Positions 19,274-29,444 of a stretch of 60,001 bases of DNA are shown here, piece by piece (position 1 is the first letter of the stretch; every line of letters starts with the position of its first letter). Both the position numbers and the translations under genes were made by a program. This stretch comes from Patescibacteria group bacterium (lineage in GTDB: Bacteria > Patescibacteriota > WWE3 > UBA101185 > UBA10185). The DNA is taken from the NCBI GenBank assembly GCA_016926555.1, contig JAFGOI010000013.1, forward strand, positions 110,802 to 170,802, written 5' to 3'. Under the pieces are notes generated by a model that saw nothing but the letters and a program-made list of their open reading frames with translations, did no database searches and was not told the origin of the DNA.

Positions 19274-19307
19274 TTATCACTATAATAGTGCGAGTGCCAA
19301 GTGTCAA
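19274..19307 (-). promoter_or_regulatory. hsp20 promoter with CIRCE-like operator
   Basis: -35 TTGACA (19307-19302), 17 bp, -10 TATAGT (19284-19279); TTGGCACTC-N9-TAGTGATAA at 19300-19274. Confidence 0.7.
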
Positions 19308-19313
19308 GAGTGT

Positions 19314-20195
19314 TTAGGTTCTTATTTTTATTTTCTTAAGTCTATTTCTATATGCTTTAATGACTTCCTTTGTGCTGTCGTGCACGTTAAAATGGACGAA
19401 TCCTTTTTCGGTGATTTCTTTTGTTTTTCTCTTGCTCATATAATTTAGTTGTGTTTCCATTACGCTATCTTCAAGGAGATCAACAAAGCCGCTTTTTTGT
19501 TTTTCTTCGTTGTAGTGTTTGGGAAATTGGATTCTAAAGTTTGAAAAATATGCAAATATCCAGTCATTTTCTCTTATAAATCTGAAATACATATTATCCT
19601 TGCACCGTACAGGCTGCAGCTGGAGTATTTCATTTGCGGTGTATATATTTCTTTTATTTTCTGGCCAGGACAGATGATTTTCGTCAATCATGATATTGGG
19701 ACAGATTTTGCCGTGGTCACCGTTTTGGTCAGGGTATTTATTTATGGTTTTTAAAATAAGAACGAGGAATAGTCTGGACAACCAGAGCCTATTTTTCTCG
19801 GTTATTACAAATAGGTCAATATCGTCTCCCTCTATGGAATTATATGATGCCAATGATCCGGTAACTCCAATCATTTTTATCCATGGTATTTTGTTTAATA
19901 GGCTAAAAACCAGGTCGTTTTTTTCCAGGATGTCTTTTGTATTTTGTATTCTTATACGCCAGCTTACCGGTTTTGTCGATGGAAGAAAGTACCTTTTTTT
20001 CCTGACTCTCACAGATTTGTTTTTTAGTAAGCGTCTTAGTATTTTTCTTAGGAATTTATAGTCGAATCTCCTTTTGGATATAAGATAAGTGCCAAGTTGA
20101 TAGAAGCTCAGCGGATAATTGAACGTTGACCTATATGCTAATGTTCTTTTTATCGCCGTTTCGCACGCACGTTCTTTTGCTCTTTCTCTAGCCAT
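19314..20195 (-). CDS. Nucleotidyltransferase-fold protein (CPR-type)
   Basis: IGVTGSLAS...DDIDLFVIT (GS...DxD) motif. Confidence 0.65.
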   Translation of the reverse strand: MARERAKERACETAIKRTLAYRSTFNYPLSFYQLGTYLISKRRFDYKFLRKILRRLLKNKSVRVRKKRYFLPSTKPVSWRIRIQNTKDILEKNDLVFSLLNKIPWIKMIGVTGSLASYNSIEGDDIDLFVITEKNRLWLSRLFLVLILKTINKYPDQNGDHGKICPNIMIDENHLSWPENKRNIYTANEILQLQPVRCKDNMYFRFIRENDWIFAYFSNFRIQFPKHYNEEKQKSGFVDLLEDSVMETQLNYMSKRKTKEITEKGFVHFNVHDSTKEVIKAYRNRLKKIKIRT

Positions 20196-20595
20196 TTTCA
20201 AGGTAATCCAAAACTTGATTAACTAACGCATCTGCGTTTTTATTTTCAGTTCTTTTGACGTGCCGGTATTCGATTTCGCTAAGTTTTGATTCGAGTCTTT
20301 TTATTTCTCGCCAGTATTCCTTGAGTCTTGTGTTTTTAACTTTATATTCTCCGTTTAGCTGCTTTACAACCAGTTCGCTATCCAGCACGCATTCTACGTT
20401 CGTTGCACCCAAGTTTATACATTCCTCAAGGCCTTTTATCAAAGCTTTATATTCGGCGTCATTGTTTGTGGCGCTTCCGATGTAGAGACCCAACTCCTTA
20501 ATAATTTTGCTGTTATCGTCTCTGATAACTATCCCAATCGCTGCCGGGCCGGGATTACCTCTTGCTCCTCCATCTGTATACAGTTTTAACTTCAT
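20188..20595 (-). CDS. rnhA: Ribonuclease HI
   Basis: YTDGGARGNPG, TNNDAEY, DSELVVKQ and NKNADAL motifs. Confidence 0.93.
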   Translation of the reverse strand: MKLKLYTDGGARGNPGPAAIGIVIRDDNSKIIKELGLYIGSATNNDAEYKALIKGLEECINLGATNVECVLDSELVVKQLNGEYKVKNTRLKEYWREIKRLESKLSEIEYRHVKRTENKNADALVNQVLDYLENG

Positions 20596-21188
20596 TTATT
20601 TATCCTCATGTATTCTCTAAACGAGACAAATATTAGAGAAGTACCAAAACCTATAACCAAGCCTAGTAATGCATAAACAGGCAGATCTCTAAACGACTCA
20701 ATGACAACAGGATATTCTGATACGCGTTGTATTCTTATATAAGAAGTGTTTATTGTGTCTTCAATAGCTTCTGCGACCAGGTTCCATAATCTTTCTGATT
20801 CTTCGGATGATGAAGTTTTGGTTACAAGAGTAATAATCTGAGGTCCGCTATTTACGACCTCGGTCTTTTTTCTGTATTCTCTGAGGTTTTTTTCGTTTGT
20901 CTGAAGGTTCATTTCACTTATTACTTTATGCCCGACATCGGGGCTTTCAATTAATGCTGCAACAGTTTTTGTAAAGGAAATCGCTACTTGTTGGCTGTAA
21001 AATCCTTCGTATGAGAAAGATCCATCCTCTGATGTCTGAATATCTCTATAAATGTAGAACGACCCTTGTGCCGTATATTTCATGGGAAAAAAATAGACAA
21101 TAAAACCCAGAAAGCCCCCGATTATTGTGGTAGCAGCCAAAACCTTTTTGGTTTTCGTTAGTTTTTTTATTAAGTAATTTAATTCCAC
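20592..21188 (-). CDS. Wzz/CpsC-like polysaccharide chain-length determinant family protein
   Basis: N- and C-terminal TM helices; KYTAQGSFYI; soluble middle segment. Confidence 0.6.
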   Translation of the reverse strand: MELNYLIKKLTKTKKVLAATTIIGGFLGFIVYFFPMKYTAQGSFYIYRDIQTSEDGSFSYEGFYSQQVAISFTKTVAALIESPDVGHKVISEMNLQTNEKNLREYRKKTEVVNSGPQIITLVTKTSSSEESERLWNLVAEAIEDTINTSYIRIQRVSEYPVVIESFRDLPVYALLGLVIGFGTSLIFVSFREYMRINK

Positions 21189-21272
21189 GAACAGATTATA
21201 TCAGTAATAGCAAATAATCTATTAAAAAAGTTCTCTGTATAGGTTAGAATAAAGAAAGAAAAACTGCCTAAA

Positions 21273-24200
21273 ATGCTAAAGAAGCAAGTAATAAAAAAAT
21301 CTGCCCAGTTGCCGGTAGCCCTGGTAGCCGGGGGCGCTGGTTTTATAGGATCTTATTTAGTAGGTGAACTGCTTGAAAAAAAAGCGCGTGTTGTAGTTTT
21401 GGACAATTTTAATACTGGTAAAGAACTTCATGTCAAAGAATATCTTAGTGACCCTAATTTCGCTTTATATAACGTAGATATCAACTACGGTCTTCCTGAG
21501 GATATAGAGAGTGTTGATTACATTTTCCATTTGGCGGGAGTTGAAGAATATCTTTTTAGTAAGGAATTTATTAACCTTCAGTCTCTCCTTACAAATTCTT
21601 ATGGAACCAAAAATCTTCTGGATTTAGCCAAGAAATCAGAGGCTAAATTTTTATTAGGGTCAAGTATAGATGTCTATCAGGGCAGGATGTCTCAGTTTGA
21701 TCTCGCGGAGTATTTTGGTGACACACAAGAAGAAATAACAAAGTTTAGTCTTGCCGAGGCTAAAAGGTACGCTGAGGCTTTGGTGTGGGAGTATTTTAAA
21801 GCCCAGGATTTGGATGTACGAATAGTTCGTCTTCCGGAAGTATTCGGTCCAAAAATGAGTTTGGATTCTTCAGGTATTTTGGGCAGGTTTATGAAGGACC
21901 TAATTGAGGGCAGAGATATAACCATTTATGGAGATGGTTACGAGAAGGATTACTATTTGTATATAACAGATGCTGTATCAGGTCTGCTGAAATCTCTGTT
22001 TACAGAAGATACTAAGGGGAAGATCTATTCTTTGGTAACAAATGAAGCTATTTCGACACTGGAGGTAGCCTTTTTATTAAAAGGGCTGGCTGATAGGGAG
22101 ATGGATATCCAGTTTAGACCCGGTAAGACGTCGGTTAGACCTAAAATGATTCCTCCGGATACACTCAATTTGCGTGATATTAATTGGAAGGCGAAAGTGG
22201 GTTTTAAACAGGGTGCTCTAAAGACATTGTCCTGGTTTGGGTATGCGCCAAATGAATATGGATTCAAGCCGGGGAAACTGATCGCGAAGAAAAAAAAGAA
22301 ACAGTTAGCTATAGAGTCAGAAAATAAAGTTAATACCCTGCAGGGTTTAGCGGATAAACCTGTGGAAGAGAAGGAACACCCAAAGGAGTTTGACGAACGA
22401 AAACAGCAAAACCAGCCTGAAAAGACAGATAGTATAGCTCCGTCCGCTTCTGTTGCAAATAAGACTTCTTCTGTGCCGATTGCTTCGGATCCGCTACCGT
22501 CACCGTCCCCACCGCCGCCGCAGGTTGTTCCCCAGATTATTAACGCGAAAAAGGCTCCTTTGCTTGGTGCGCGGATAAAGGAAAAAAAGAGGTTTAGTGC
22601 AGCGAAAGAAACGTCTGAGAAGTTGAAAAATATATTTAGTTCAAAGTACTTACTGGGTTTTTTTGGAGTATTATTGGCAGCTTCTCTAATATTTCTAATT
22701 GTACCTGGGTACAAGTTTTATAAAAATCTAAAGGAGGGATTAGAGAGTTTGAAGACTGTTCCCGAGGCGGTATATATGTTTGACGCGAAGCTAGTGTCGC
22801 AAAGAGCTGAATTATCGTATGAGCGTCTTTATAAGGCGAAAAACTCGCTGCAGAATATAAAGTGGGTGTTTTCTTTGACTGGTAAAAAGGCAACTTTATA
22901 CTCGACAGATAAAATGCTAAGTTCCCTGACCCATTTCTCCCAAGCGGTTTATAAGACAGCTGACGTGATAGCCCCTTTTGAGAATTTATGGAGTGTTATT
23001 TTGCCTGATTCCGAAACGACTTTGGATGTCGCTAGCTTTTCTAAGGCTTCGTCTAACCTTTCTATTATCAAAAATCACCTTAAGTTAGCTGAAGTGGATT
23101 TCAAGTATGTTGATACAAGCGTGTTTCCTGAATCTTATTCAGAAGATATTAAAAAATATAGTGAATTCATGTCTTTTGGTTTGCAGGAAATTGATCTTGT
23201 ATCGAGTATTGTTAACGAGCTCCCCGAGATTTTGGGTATGGGAAAGGAGAAAAAGTATATTGTTTGGTTCCAGAATTCCAATGAGATAAGAGCGACAGGG
23301 GGATTTATTGGCTCTTATGGAGTTTTGGAGTTTTCTGGGGGGAAATTAATCGGATTAACAATTGATGACATTTATAATCCTGACGGACAGTTAGATGTTA
23401 GAAATATTGTTGTACCGCCGCCGAAACAAGTTGCGGATTATTTAGCGGAGGATAGATTGTATCTCAGAAATTCAAATTGGGACCCGGATTTTCCAGAGTC
23501 TGCAGAAACATTTAAGAACTTGTACTTTAAGATTACGGGGGAAGAAATCGATGGTGTAGTCGCGGTAGATCTTGACTTCACAAAAGGTATTTTGGATGCA
23601 ATCGGCCCCGTGTTCTTAACTGCATACAACGAGGAAATATCTTCGGAGAATTTGTACGAAAGAACTCAGTACTACGCCGAATTTAATTATAAGGACGGGT
23701 CGGATCAAAAAAGATCGTTTTTAACAGTACTTGGAAGCAAACTACTTGAAAAACTATTTTCTCTGGAACAAAGCAGGATACCCAATTTACTTGACCAGAT
23801 GGGTAAATTACTTAATGCAAGAGATATGCTTTTATATATTCCGGACTTATCAATTAGTGCCTACATAAAAGAAAAGGGTTGGGATGGAAGTATAGCGTCA
23901 GCAGATGAGAACTATTTATTTGTTGTAAATTCAAATCTTGGTGGTAATAAAGCTGATTATTTTATACGTCCAAGTATGTATTTTGAAGTGGGATCTCTGA
24001 CTAGGGACGGACTATTAAGGGGTACGCTGGAACTTAAATATGTGCATACGGGGCAGGACGATGCATGGCCTGGTGGAGTATATAAAGACTACATAAGGGT
24101 TTATTCTGGATTAAACTCAAAGCTCACGTCTGCTGAGGTTGTGGATTCCTCGGGTAAGAGAACGGATATGGTTTCTGATGTGGCTATTTATAGTGACAAA

Positions 24201-24491
24201 AACCTTACTGTATTTGGGTATGGAATAGAAGTGGCGCCGCAAGAAACCAAGTCTTTGATCTTAAGTTTTGATCTTCCACAAAACTTTTCTATATCTGATG
24301 ATCACAAGATATTTGATCTTTATTGGCAAAAGCAATCTGGTACTGGTGGAGTACCTGTTGAGTTACTATTCTCCCCACCGTTTGGTCTGGAAGTTAGTGA
24401 GAAGAGTGCAGATTTAGAGGAAAGTGCTAAAGTAGTAAAATATAGTGGTTTGTTAAATGAGGATAGACACTTTATTATTAAGTTCCAGTAA
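21273..24491 (+). CDS. Fusion of an extended-SDR (UDP-glucuronate decarboxylase-like) domain, TM helix and DUF4012 domain
   Basis: GGAGFIGS, LDNF, FHLAG; Pro-rich linker; TM; FQNSNEIRATGGFIGSYG, RNSNWDPDFP and NLGGNKAD DUF4012 motifs. Confidence 0.85.
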   Translation: MLKKQVIKKSAQLPVALVAGGAGFIGSYLVGELLEKKARVVVLDNFNTGKELHVKEYLSDPNFALYNVDINYGLPEDIESVDYIFHLAGVEEYLFSKEFINLQSLLTNSYGTKNLLDLAKKSEAKFLLGSSIDVYQGRMSQFDLAEYFGDTQEEITKFSLAEAKRYAEALVWEYFKAQDLDVRIVRLPEVFGPKMSLDSSGILGRFMKDLIEGRDITIYGDGYEKDYYLYITDAVSGLLKSLFTEDTKGKIYSLVTNEAISTLEVAFLLKGLADREMDIQFRPGKTSVRPKMIPPDTLNLRDINWKAKVGFKQGALKTLSWFGYAPNEYGFKPGKLIAKKKKKQLAIESENKVNTLQGLADKPVEEKEHPKEFDERKQQNQPEKTDSIAPSASVANKTSSVPIASDPLPSPSPPPPQVVPQIINAKKAPLLGARIKEKKRFSAAKETSEKLKNIFSSKYLLGFFGVLLAASLIFLIVPGYKFYKNLKEGLESLKTVPEAVYMFDAKLVSQRAELSYERLYKAKNSLQNIKWVFSLTGKKATLYSTDKMLSSLTHFSQAVYKTADVIAPFENLWSVILPDSETTLDVASFSKASSNLSIIKNHLKLAEVDFKYVDTSVFPESYSEDIKKYSEFMSFGLQEIDLVSSIVNELPEILGMGKEKKYIVWFQNSNEIRATGGFIGSYGVLEFSGGKLIGLTIDDIYNPDGQLDVRNIVVPPPKQVADYLAEDRLYLRNSNWDPDFPESAETFKNLYFKITGEEIDGVVAVDLDFTKGILDAIGPVFLTAYNEEISSENLYERTQYYAEFNYKDGSDQKRSFLTVLGSKLLEKLFSLEQSRIPNLLDQMGKLLNARDMLLYIPDLSISAYIKEKGWDGSIASADENYLFVVNSNLGGNKADYFIRPSMYFEVGSLTRDGLLRGTLELKYVHTGQDDAWPGGVYKDYIRVYSGLNSKLTSAEVVDSSGKRTDMVSDVAIYSDKNLTVFGYGIEVAPQETKSLILSFDLPQNFSISDDHKIFDLYWQKQSGTGGVPVELLFSPPFGLEVSEKSADLEESAKVVKYSGLLNEDRHFIIKFQ

Positions 24492-24497
24492 TTAAAT

Positions 24498-26345
24498 ATG
24501 CCAATTCAAGACGCACCTCAAGTAGGAACACAACATGCAGTGCCTCAAAACGTTATGGACGTGGAGTTCAAGCTTATTGGAGATATGACACTAAGGCAGT
24601 TTGCTTATCTGCTTATATGCGGAATATCAGCATATGTCTGTTATACGACTATTGTGGGAATTTTTAAATGGCCGTTAGTTATCATTTTTACAGTATTGGG
24701 AATAGGATTGGCTTTCGTGCCAATTCAAGACAGAGGCATGGATGAATGGGTAATGAACTTTGTTAACGCGATGTTTCTACCCACACAGCGGGTTTGGAAA
24801 AAAGAACCTATGATTCCCCAGGCTTTTCTGTATCAGAGCATTGATGTTGTTAAACAGGAGTTGATTACGCTAGCACCGACGTCTAGCAGAAGGAAGCTGG
24901 AGAAATATTTGGATTACGGCATAAATGAAGCTGAAGAAGACCCCTTGGATATACCCGAAGAGGAATATATTATGAAGGTAAAGCGGGCATTTGCCGTTCC
25001 AGATTATGTGCAAAGTCAGCCGATAGGTGTTTCAGCGGCCGCAGCTGTGTCGACAGTGACTCCTCCCCCGGAACCTTCACTTGAAACATTTCAAGTTAGT
25101 CCTCCTGAAGAGCCGCAGGTTGAGGAGCCACGTAAGGAAGAATTACCGACAGAAGAAATTCCTTTGGGAGAAGGATCTCCCGTAGAGGTTGAGGTGACAG
25201 AGGTTGCAACTGAAGAACAGCCTTCTGTTGAAGACTTTGGTGAGGAAAAAGGAGTATTTGGAAAAGAAGAGGAGGAAAAGGTTGGAACTTTAAAAGTTAT
25301 GGAAGAGGAATATAAGGAGCCGCCGGTTATACCGGTGAGACCCGAACCGACGGATGCGTCGGTTCCGCAAATGGTTACACCACTTTCACCTCCTATGGTT
25401 CAGCTGCCACCATCTCCTTCGTTGGTGCAACCTCCTCCTCGGCCAAGACGGCAGGATGAATTTCTTTCCGTAGATCTTATGACTCCGGATAGACATTCTG
25501 GAAGGCGTTTTACACAGCTTTTACCGCAGGAAGGCGATATATTTCTGCCAATTAGAGGTGAACGGGTTTTGAAAACAGCTTTTCAGCAGGAAATTGATGT
25601 GGATGTCAAAGAGAAAGCAGAAAAACTGCAGATGCTTCTGGAGCAGATAAGGAGAGGTGATATGGCTGGTGTTGTTCCTGCGCCACAAACACCACAAGCA
25701 CCGCAGGTGCCGCAGATTGCTTCCGGATCAATTCCCCTGCCGGCGGAAACAGCCGAAGACAAAAGGGAAATGCGTCTTGGCGTTAAAGCCAGACAAGCTG
25801 CGGATAGATTAAAGGAGGAGAATGATCAACTGTCTTCGGAAATAGATAGGTTAAAAAACGAGATAACCCAATCCTCGGGTGCAGATACCGCGGAAAAGGA
25901 GGGGTTGCTTAAGCAATTGGAAGTTCAAAGAGAGAAGGCGCAAGGTGATTATGAACGACTTCACAGGCAGGTAACTGAGTTGCAACAGCGGCTAAAAGAA
26001 AAGCAGGAGGTAGCAAAAGCCGGGGGAGCACCTAGAAGCGTCCGGGATTATAAGATTGCCGCAACTCAGATAACCAGTAAGCCAAACGTTTTGTCTGGGG
26101 TTGTGAAGGATAATGAAGGGGCAGTATTGGACGGTGTTTTGCTTATAGTAAAAGATAGTAGGGGGGATCCAGTGAGAGCGTTTAAGACAAACAAGCTAGG
26201 TGAATTTATACTGGCGACACCCTTAGATAATGGCATGTATACAATTGAGGTTAGTTCTGTTAATGATATAGAACTGTCCTTTGATATAATTTCTGTAGAG
26301 GCAAAAGGAGAGGTAATACCTCCGGTTGAAATTATAGGAGCATAA
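24498..26345 (+). CDS. PrgI family membrane protein with coiled coil and C-terminal carboxypeptidase-regulatory-like domain
   Basis: VPQNVMDVEFKLIGDMTLRQF, PIQDRGMDEW, PTQRVWKK; C-terminal GVVKD..G..L.GVLLIVKD. Confidence 0.8.
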   Translation: MPIQDAPQVGTQHAVPQNVMDVEFKLIGDMTLRQFAYLLICGISAYVCYTTIVGIFKWPLVIIFTVLGIGLAFVPIQDRGMDEWVMNFVNAMFLPTQRVWKKEPMIPQAFLYQSIDVVKQELITLAPTSSRRKLEKYLDYGINEAEEDPLDIPEEEYIMKVKRAFAVPDYVQSQPIGVSAAAAVSTVTPPPEPSLETFQVSPPEEPQVEEPRKEELPTEEIPLGEGSPVEVEVTEVATEEQPSVEDFGEEKGVFGKEEEEKVGTLKVMEEEYKEPPVIPVRPEPTDASVPQMVTPLSPPMVQLPPSPSLVQPPPRPRRQDEFLSVDLMTPDRHSGRRFTQLLPQEGDIFLPIRGERVLKTAFQQEIDVDVKEKAEKLQMLLEQIRRGDMAGVVPAPQTPQAPQVPQIASGSIPLPAETAEDKREMRLGVKARQAADRLKEENDQLSSEIDRLKNEITQSSGADTAEKEGLLKQLEVQREKAQGDYERLHRQVTELQQRLKEKQEVAKAGGAPRSVRDYKIAATQITSKPNVLSGVVKDNEGAVLDGVLLIVKDSRGDPVRAFKTNKLGEFILATPLDNGMYTIEVSSVNDIELSFDIISVEAKGEVIPPVEIIGA

Positions 26346-26346
26346 T

Positions 26347-27048
26347 ATGACAGCCAGAATCGTAGCGACAACTCAAGAGCATCTAGATGTATTTGATATA
26401 AAGGATAATGTAGTTTTGCTTAAAAACGGAACATCTTGCGTTATACTGCAAACAACAGCAGTGAACTTTGATCTTCTATCGGAAATAGAGCAAGATGCGA
26501 TAATAGCTGCGTTTTCAATGTTGCTGAATTCTATCACTTTCTCGCTTCAAGTGGTTTTGAGGTCAAAGAAATTAGACATTTCAAAATATATCGAGAAGGT
26601 GCAGAAAGTGGAAAGTAAAATTACAGATCCTCTATTGAAGTATCAGATGGAATCGTATAGAAAATTTGTTCAGGAATTTATTACACAGAATGAGGTTCTG
26701 GATAAAAGGTTCTATATAGTAATACCCTCTATCGCATCTGGAGGCGAAGCTCCCGGTGTAGGCGCCTTTGACTGGATAAGTAGACTCATGGGTACTCATA
26801 AAAAGACTATTAATGTTGACATTGAGAAAACACTGAGAGAAGCAAAGGTACAGCTTATGCCTAAAGTGGAACATATGGTAAAGGAATTTAACAGATTATC
26901 TATAAAAGCGCGTCCTTTAACAACTCAAGAATTGGTAGAATTGTACTTTGATATATATAATCCCAGTTCTGTGCACGGGCAAAGGATTCGTACTAGTGTG
27001 AGTGATTATACTACAGCTATAGTCAACCCGGCTATTATAGAGGAATAG
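26347..27048 (+). CDS. TraC/VirB4-associated protein (CPR T4SS-like locus)
   Basis: TQEHLDVFDIKDNVVLLKNG, VNFDLLSEIEQDAII, VLDKRFYIVIP; lies between PrgI and VirB4. Confidence 0.75.
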   Translation: MTARIVATTQEHLDVFDIKDNVVLLKNGTSCVILQTTAVNFDLLSEIEQDAIIAAFSMLLNSITFSLQVVLRSKKLDISKYIEKVQKVESKITDPLLKYQMESYRKFVQEFITQNEVLDKRFYIVIPSIASGGEAPGVGAFDWISRLMGTHKKTINVDIEKTLREAKVQLMPKVEHMVKEFNRLSIKARPLTTQELVELYFDIYNPSSVHGQRIRTSVSDYTTAIVNPAIIEE

Positions 27049-27050
27049 AC

Positions 27051-29417
27051 ATGAATTTATTTGGTAAAAAGAAAAAAGAAGATATATCGACGGATACAGC
27101 CCAGCAAGAGGGTGGGAGGATTGATGCCCAGCAGGTAACTCAAGGACAGGGTCAGATTCCTCTTGCGCCGGAACCGAAGCCAAAGAAGGGCCGAAAAAAG
27201 TTCGCGAGAGCCGCCGCAACGGACCAAAGTCCCGCGGGATTATTAGCGCAGGGTATGATAAATGTTCGGGATATTATTGCTCCGCCGGCACTGGAAGTCG
27301 ATTTCAGTCACATTCAGATAGGAAATTCATTTTATACAACATTATTTATCTCGGGGTATCCGCGTTTTGTGGGGGCGAACTGGTTATCTCCTGTTATAAA
27401 CTTTGACCATTCTCTCGATATTTCAATGTTTTACTACCCAGTGAAGTCAAAGACTATATTGGATGATTTAAGACGAAAGATAACCGAACTTGAAGCTACT
27501 ATAATGACTACGAAGGAAAAAGGAAGAATTGCCGATCCAGCTGTAACAACAGCTTTGGAAGATGCTAAAGCTCTTCAAGATCAGTTAGTAAAAGGTATAG
27601 AGAAATACTTCCAATTTTCTTTTTATATAACCATTCCTGCATCGAGTTTGGAAGAACTTGAAATCATTACATCCAAACTTGAATCTACTCTTGGCGCGCT
27701 TCTTCTTATATCTAAAACGGCCACGCTTCAGATGGAAGACGCTTTTAAATCTACTATCCCAACGGGGCAGGACAGGCTTCTCATTACGAGAAACATGGAT
27801 ACGACAAGTCTGGCGACGACATTCCCGTTTACTTCTTCTGACTTAACAATGGATGAAGGGATTATGTATGGGGTCAATCGCCACAATGGCTCTTTAGTTA
27901 TATTTGACAGGTTTTCGATGGAAAACGCTAATACAGTGGTCTTTGCAAAATCAGGTGCTGGAAAGTCTTATTTTGTTAAGCTCGAGGCGCTAAGGTTGAT
28001 GCTGTTTGGCGCTGAAATAATGATTATAGATCCTGAAGAGGAGTACAGAACATTGTGTGATGCAGTTGGAGGAGATTATATTGACTTCTCGGCGAATTCT
28101 CCCGCAAAAATAAACCCGTTCGATCTTTCGGGAATTGCTGTCGAGGGAGAAAATGAACTTGGGCAAAAATTAATTTCTCTACTTACCTTGCTTAAGCTTA
28201 TGCTTGGTGATGTAAATCCCACAGAGGAAGCTCTTTTAGACCGAGCTCTTATGGAAACATACAGGATAAAAGGTATAACGACTGATCCGACTACCCAAAT
28301 GGAAAGAGAGCCTCCTGTAATGGAGGATTTATATAAAGTGCTGCTGGGTTTTGCGGAGCCGGAGGCACGTGGGATGGCGGATAGGCTGGAGAAATTCATT
28401 AGGGGTTCCATGGCTGGTATTTTTGACTCACAGTCTAACGTTAATCTCAAGAGTACAATGACTGTGTTCTCAACAAAAAATCTTGAAGAAGCTTTGCGGC
28501 CAATAGCTTTCTATATTATTTTAGACTTTGTATGGACCAGGATTCGTAAGGAACTTAGAAAGAGGATACTTATTGTGGAGGAGGCGTGGTACCTTATGGA
28601 AAATGAGGATAGTGCGAGGTTTATTTACGGTATCGCGAAAAGAGCAAGAAAGTATTATTTGGGACTTACTACTATTTCACAGGATGTTGATGATTTTCTG
28701 GGTTCGGAATATGGGAAGGCAATAGTGACAAACTCGTCAATTCAGATGTTGTTCAAACAGCATCCGGCGGCTATAGAGAGAGTTGCGGAAACTTTTTATC
28801 TCTCGGAAGGGGAAAAGAGGCTACTGTTGGCGGCAAATGTGGGGGAAGGCTTGTTTTTCGCAGGTACTAACCATGTTGCTATTAAAATAAAAGCTTCAGA
28901 GGCCGAGCACAATCTGATAACAACAAATCCGGAAGAATTGTTGAAACTCCGTCAAGAAGGTTTGATTAAGACTCCGGAAAGAGAGCAGAAAAAAGAGGTG
29001 TATAAATCTTATAATCCGCCGAACCCGGAAAAGTACTCTACGATGACCAAAGAAGGTCAGCCTAAAGAAGGGTTTGCTCCTCCAGGAGCAGTTACTGCTT
29101 CCGCAGCCAAACCAGGCAGTATAGAGGATGCAGCCGGTACGAAGACATTTCCCTCTTCTAAGGAAATTATAGCTGAGGTTGAGAAGGATCTGAGTGCGAA
29201 GAAGGAGGAAGTCGTAGGTACTGCTAAGGTATCTGATGTGAGCCTGGGACAAAATCCTCCACAACTCGAAGTCTCCCCTGTTCCGCAGTCTTCTCCAGCG
29301 GAAGGTGTAGAAGTTCAGGATAAAGCAGACAGTAGTCCAAGCGAGCCCAATGAAGTGAGTGGAGGAGACGGTGTTATAAGCTTGAATGATATCGGAAGTA
29401 CAGATATTACTAATTGA
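27051..29417 (+). CDS. virB4: VirB4-like ATPase
   Basis: Walker A AKSGAGKS; IIDPEEEY; Walker B-like IVEEAW; RARKY..GLTTISQ; acidic low-complexity tail. Confidence 0.9.
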   Translation: MNLFGKKKKEDISTDTAQQEGGRIDAQQVTQGQGQIPLAPEPKPKKGRKKFARAAATDQSPAGLLAQGMINVRDIIAPPALEVDFSHIQIGNSFYTTLFISGYPRFVGANWLSPVINFDHSLDISMFYYPVKSKTILDDLRRKITELEATIMTTKEKGRIADPAVTTALEDAKALQDQLVKGIEKYFQFSFYITIPASSLEELEIITSKLESTLGALLLISKTATLQMEDAFKSTIPTGQDRLLITRNMDTTSLATTFPFTSSDLTMDEGIMYGVNRHNGSLVIFDRFSMENANTVVFAKSGAGKSYFVKLEALRLMLFGAEIMIIDPEEEYRTLCDAVGGDYIDFSANSPAKINPFDLSGIAVEGENELGQKLISLLTLLKLMLGDVNPTEEALLDRALMETYRIKGITTDPTTQMEREPPVMEDLYKVLLGFAEPEARGMADRLEKFIRGSMAGIFDSQSNVNLKSTMTVFSTKNLEEALRPIAFYIILDFVWTRIRKELRKRILIVEEAWYLMENEDSARFIYGIAKRARKYYLGLTTISQDVDDFLGSEYGKAIVTNSSIQMLFKQHPAAIERVAETFYLSEGEKRLLLAANVGEGLFFAGTNHVAIKIKASEAEHNLITTNPEELLKLRQEGLIKTPEREQKKEVYKSYNPPNPEKYSTMTKEGQPKEGFAPPGAVTASAAKPGSIEDAAGTKTFPSSKEIIAEVEKDLSAKKEEVVGTAKVSDVSLGQNPPQLEVSPVPQSSPAEGVEVQDKADSSPSEPNEVSGGDGVISLNDIGSTDITN

Positions 29418-29444
29418 AGTTCCCCGTTTTTAACTCAGAAGATA

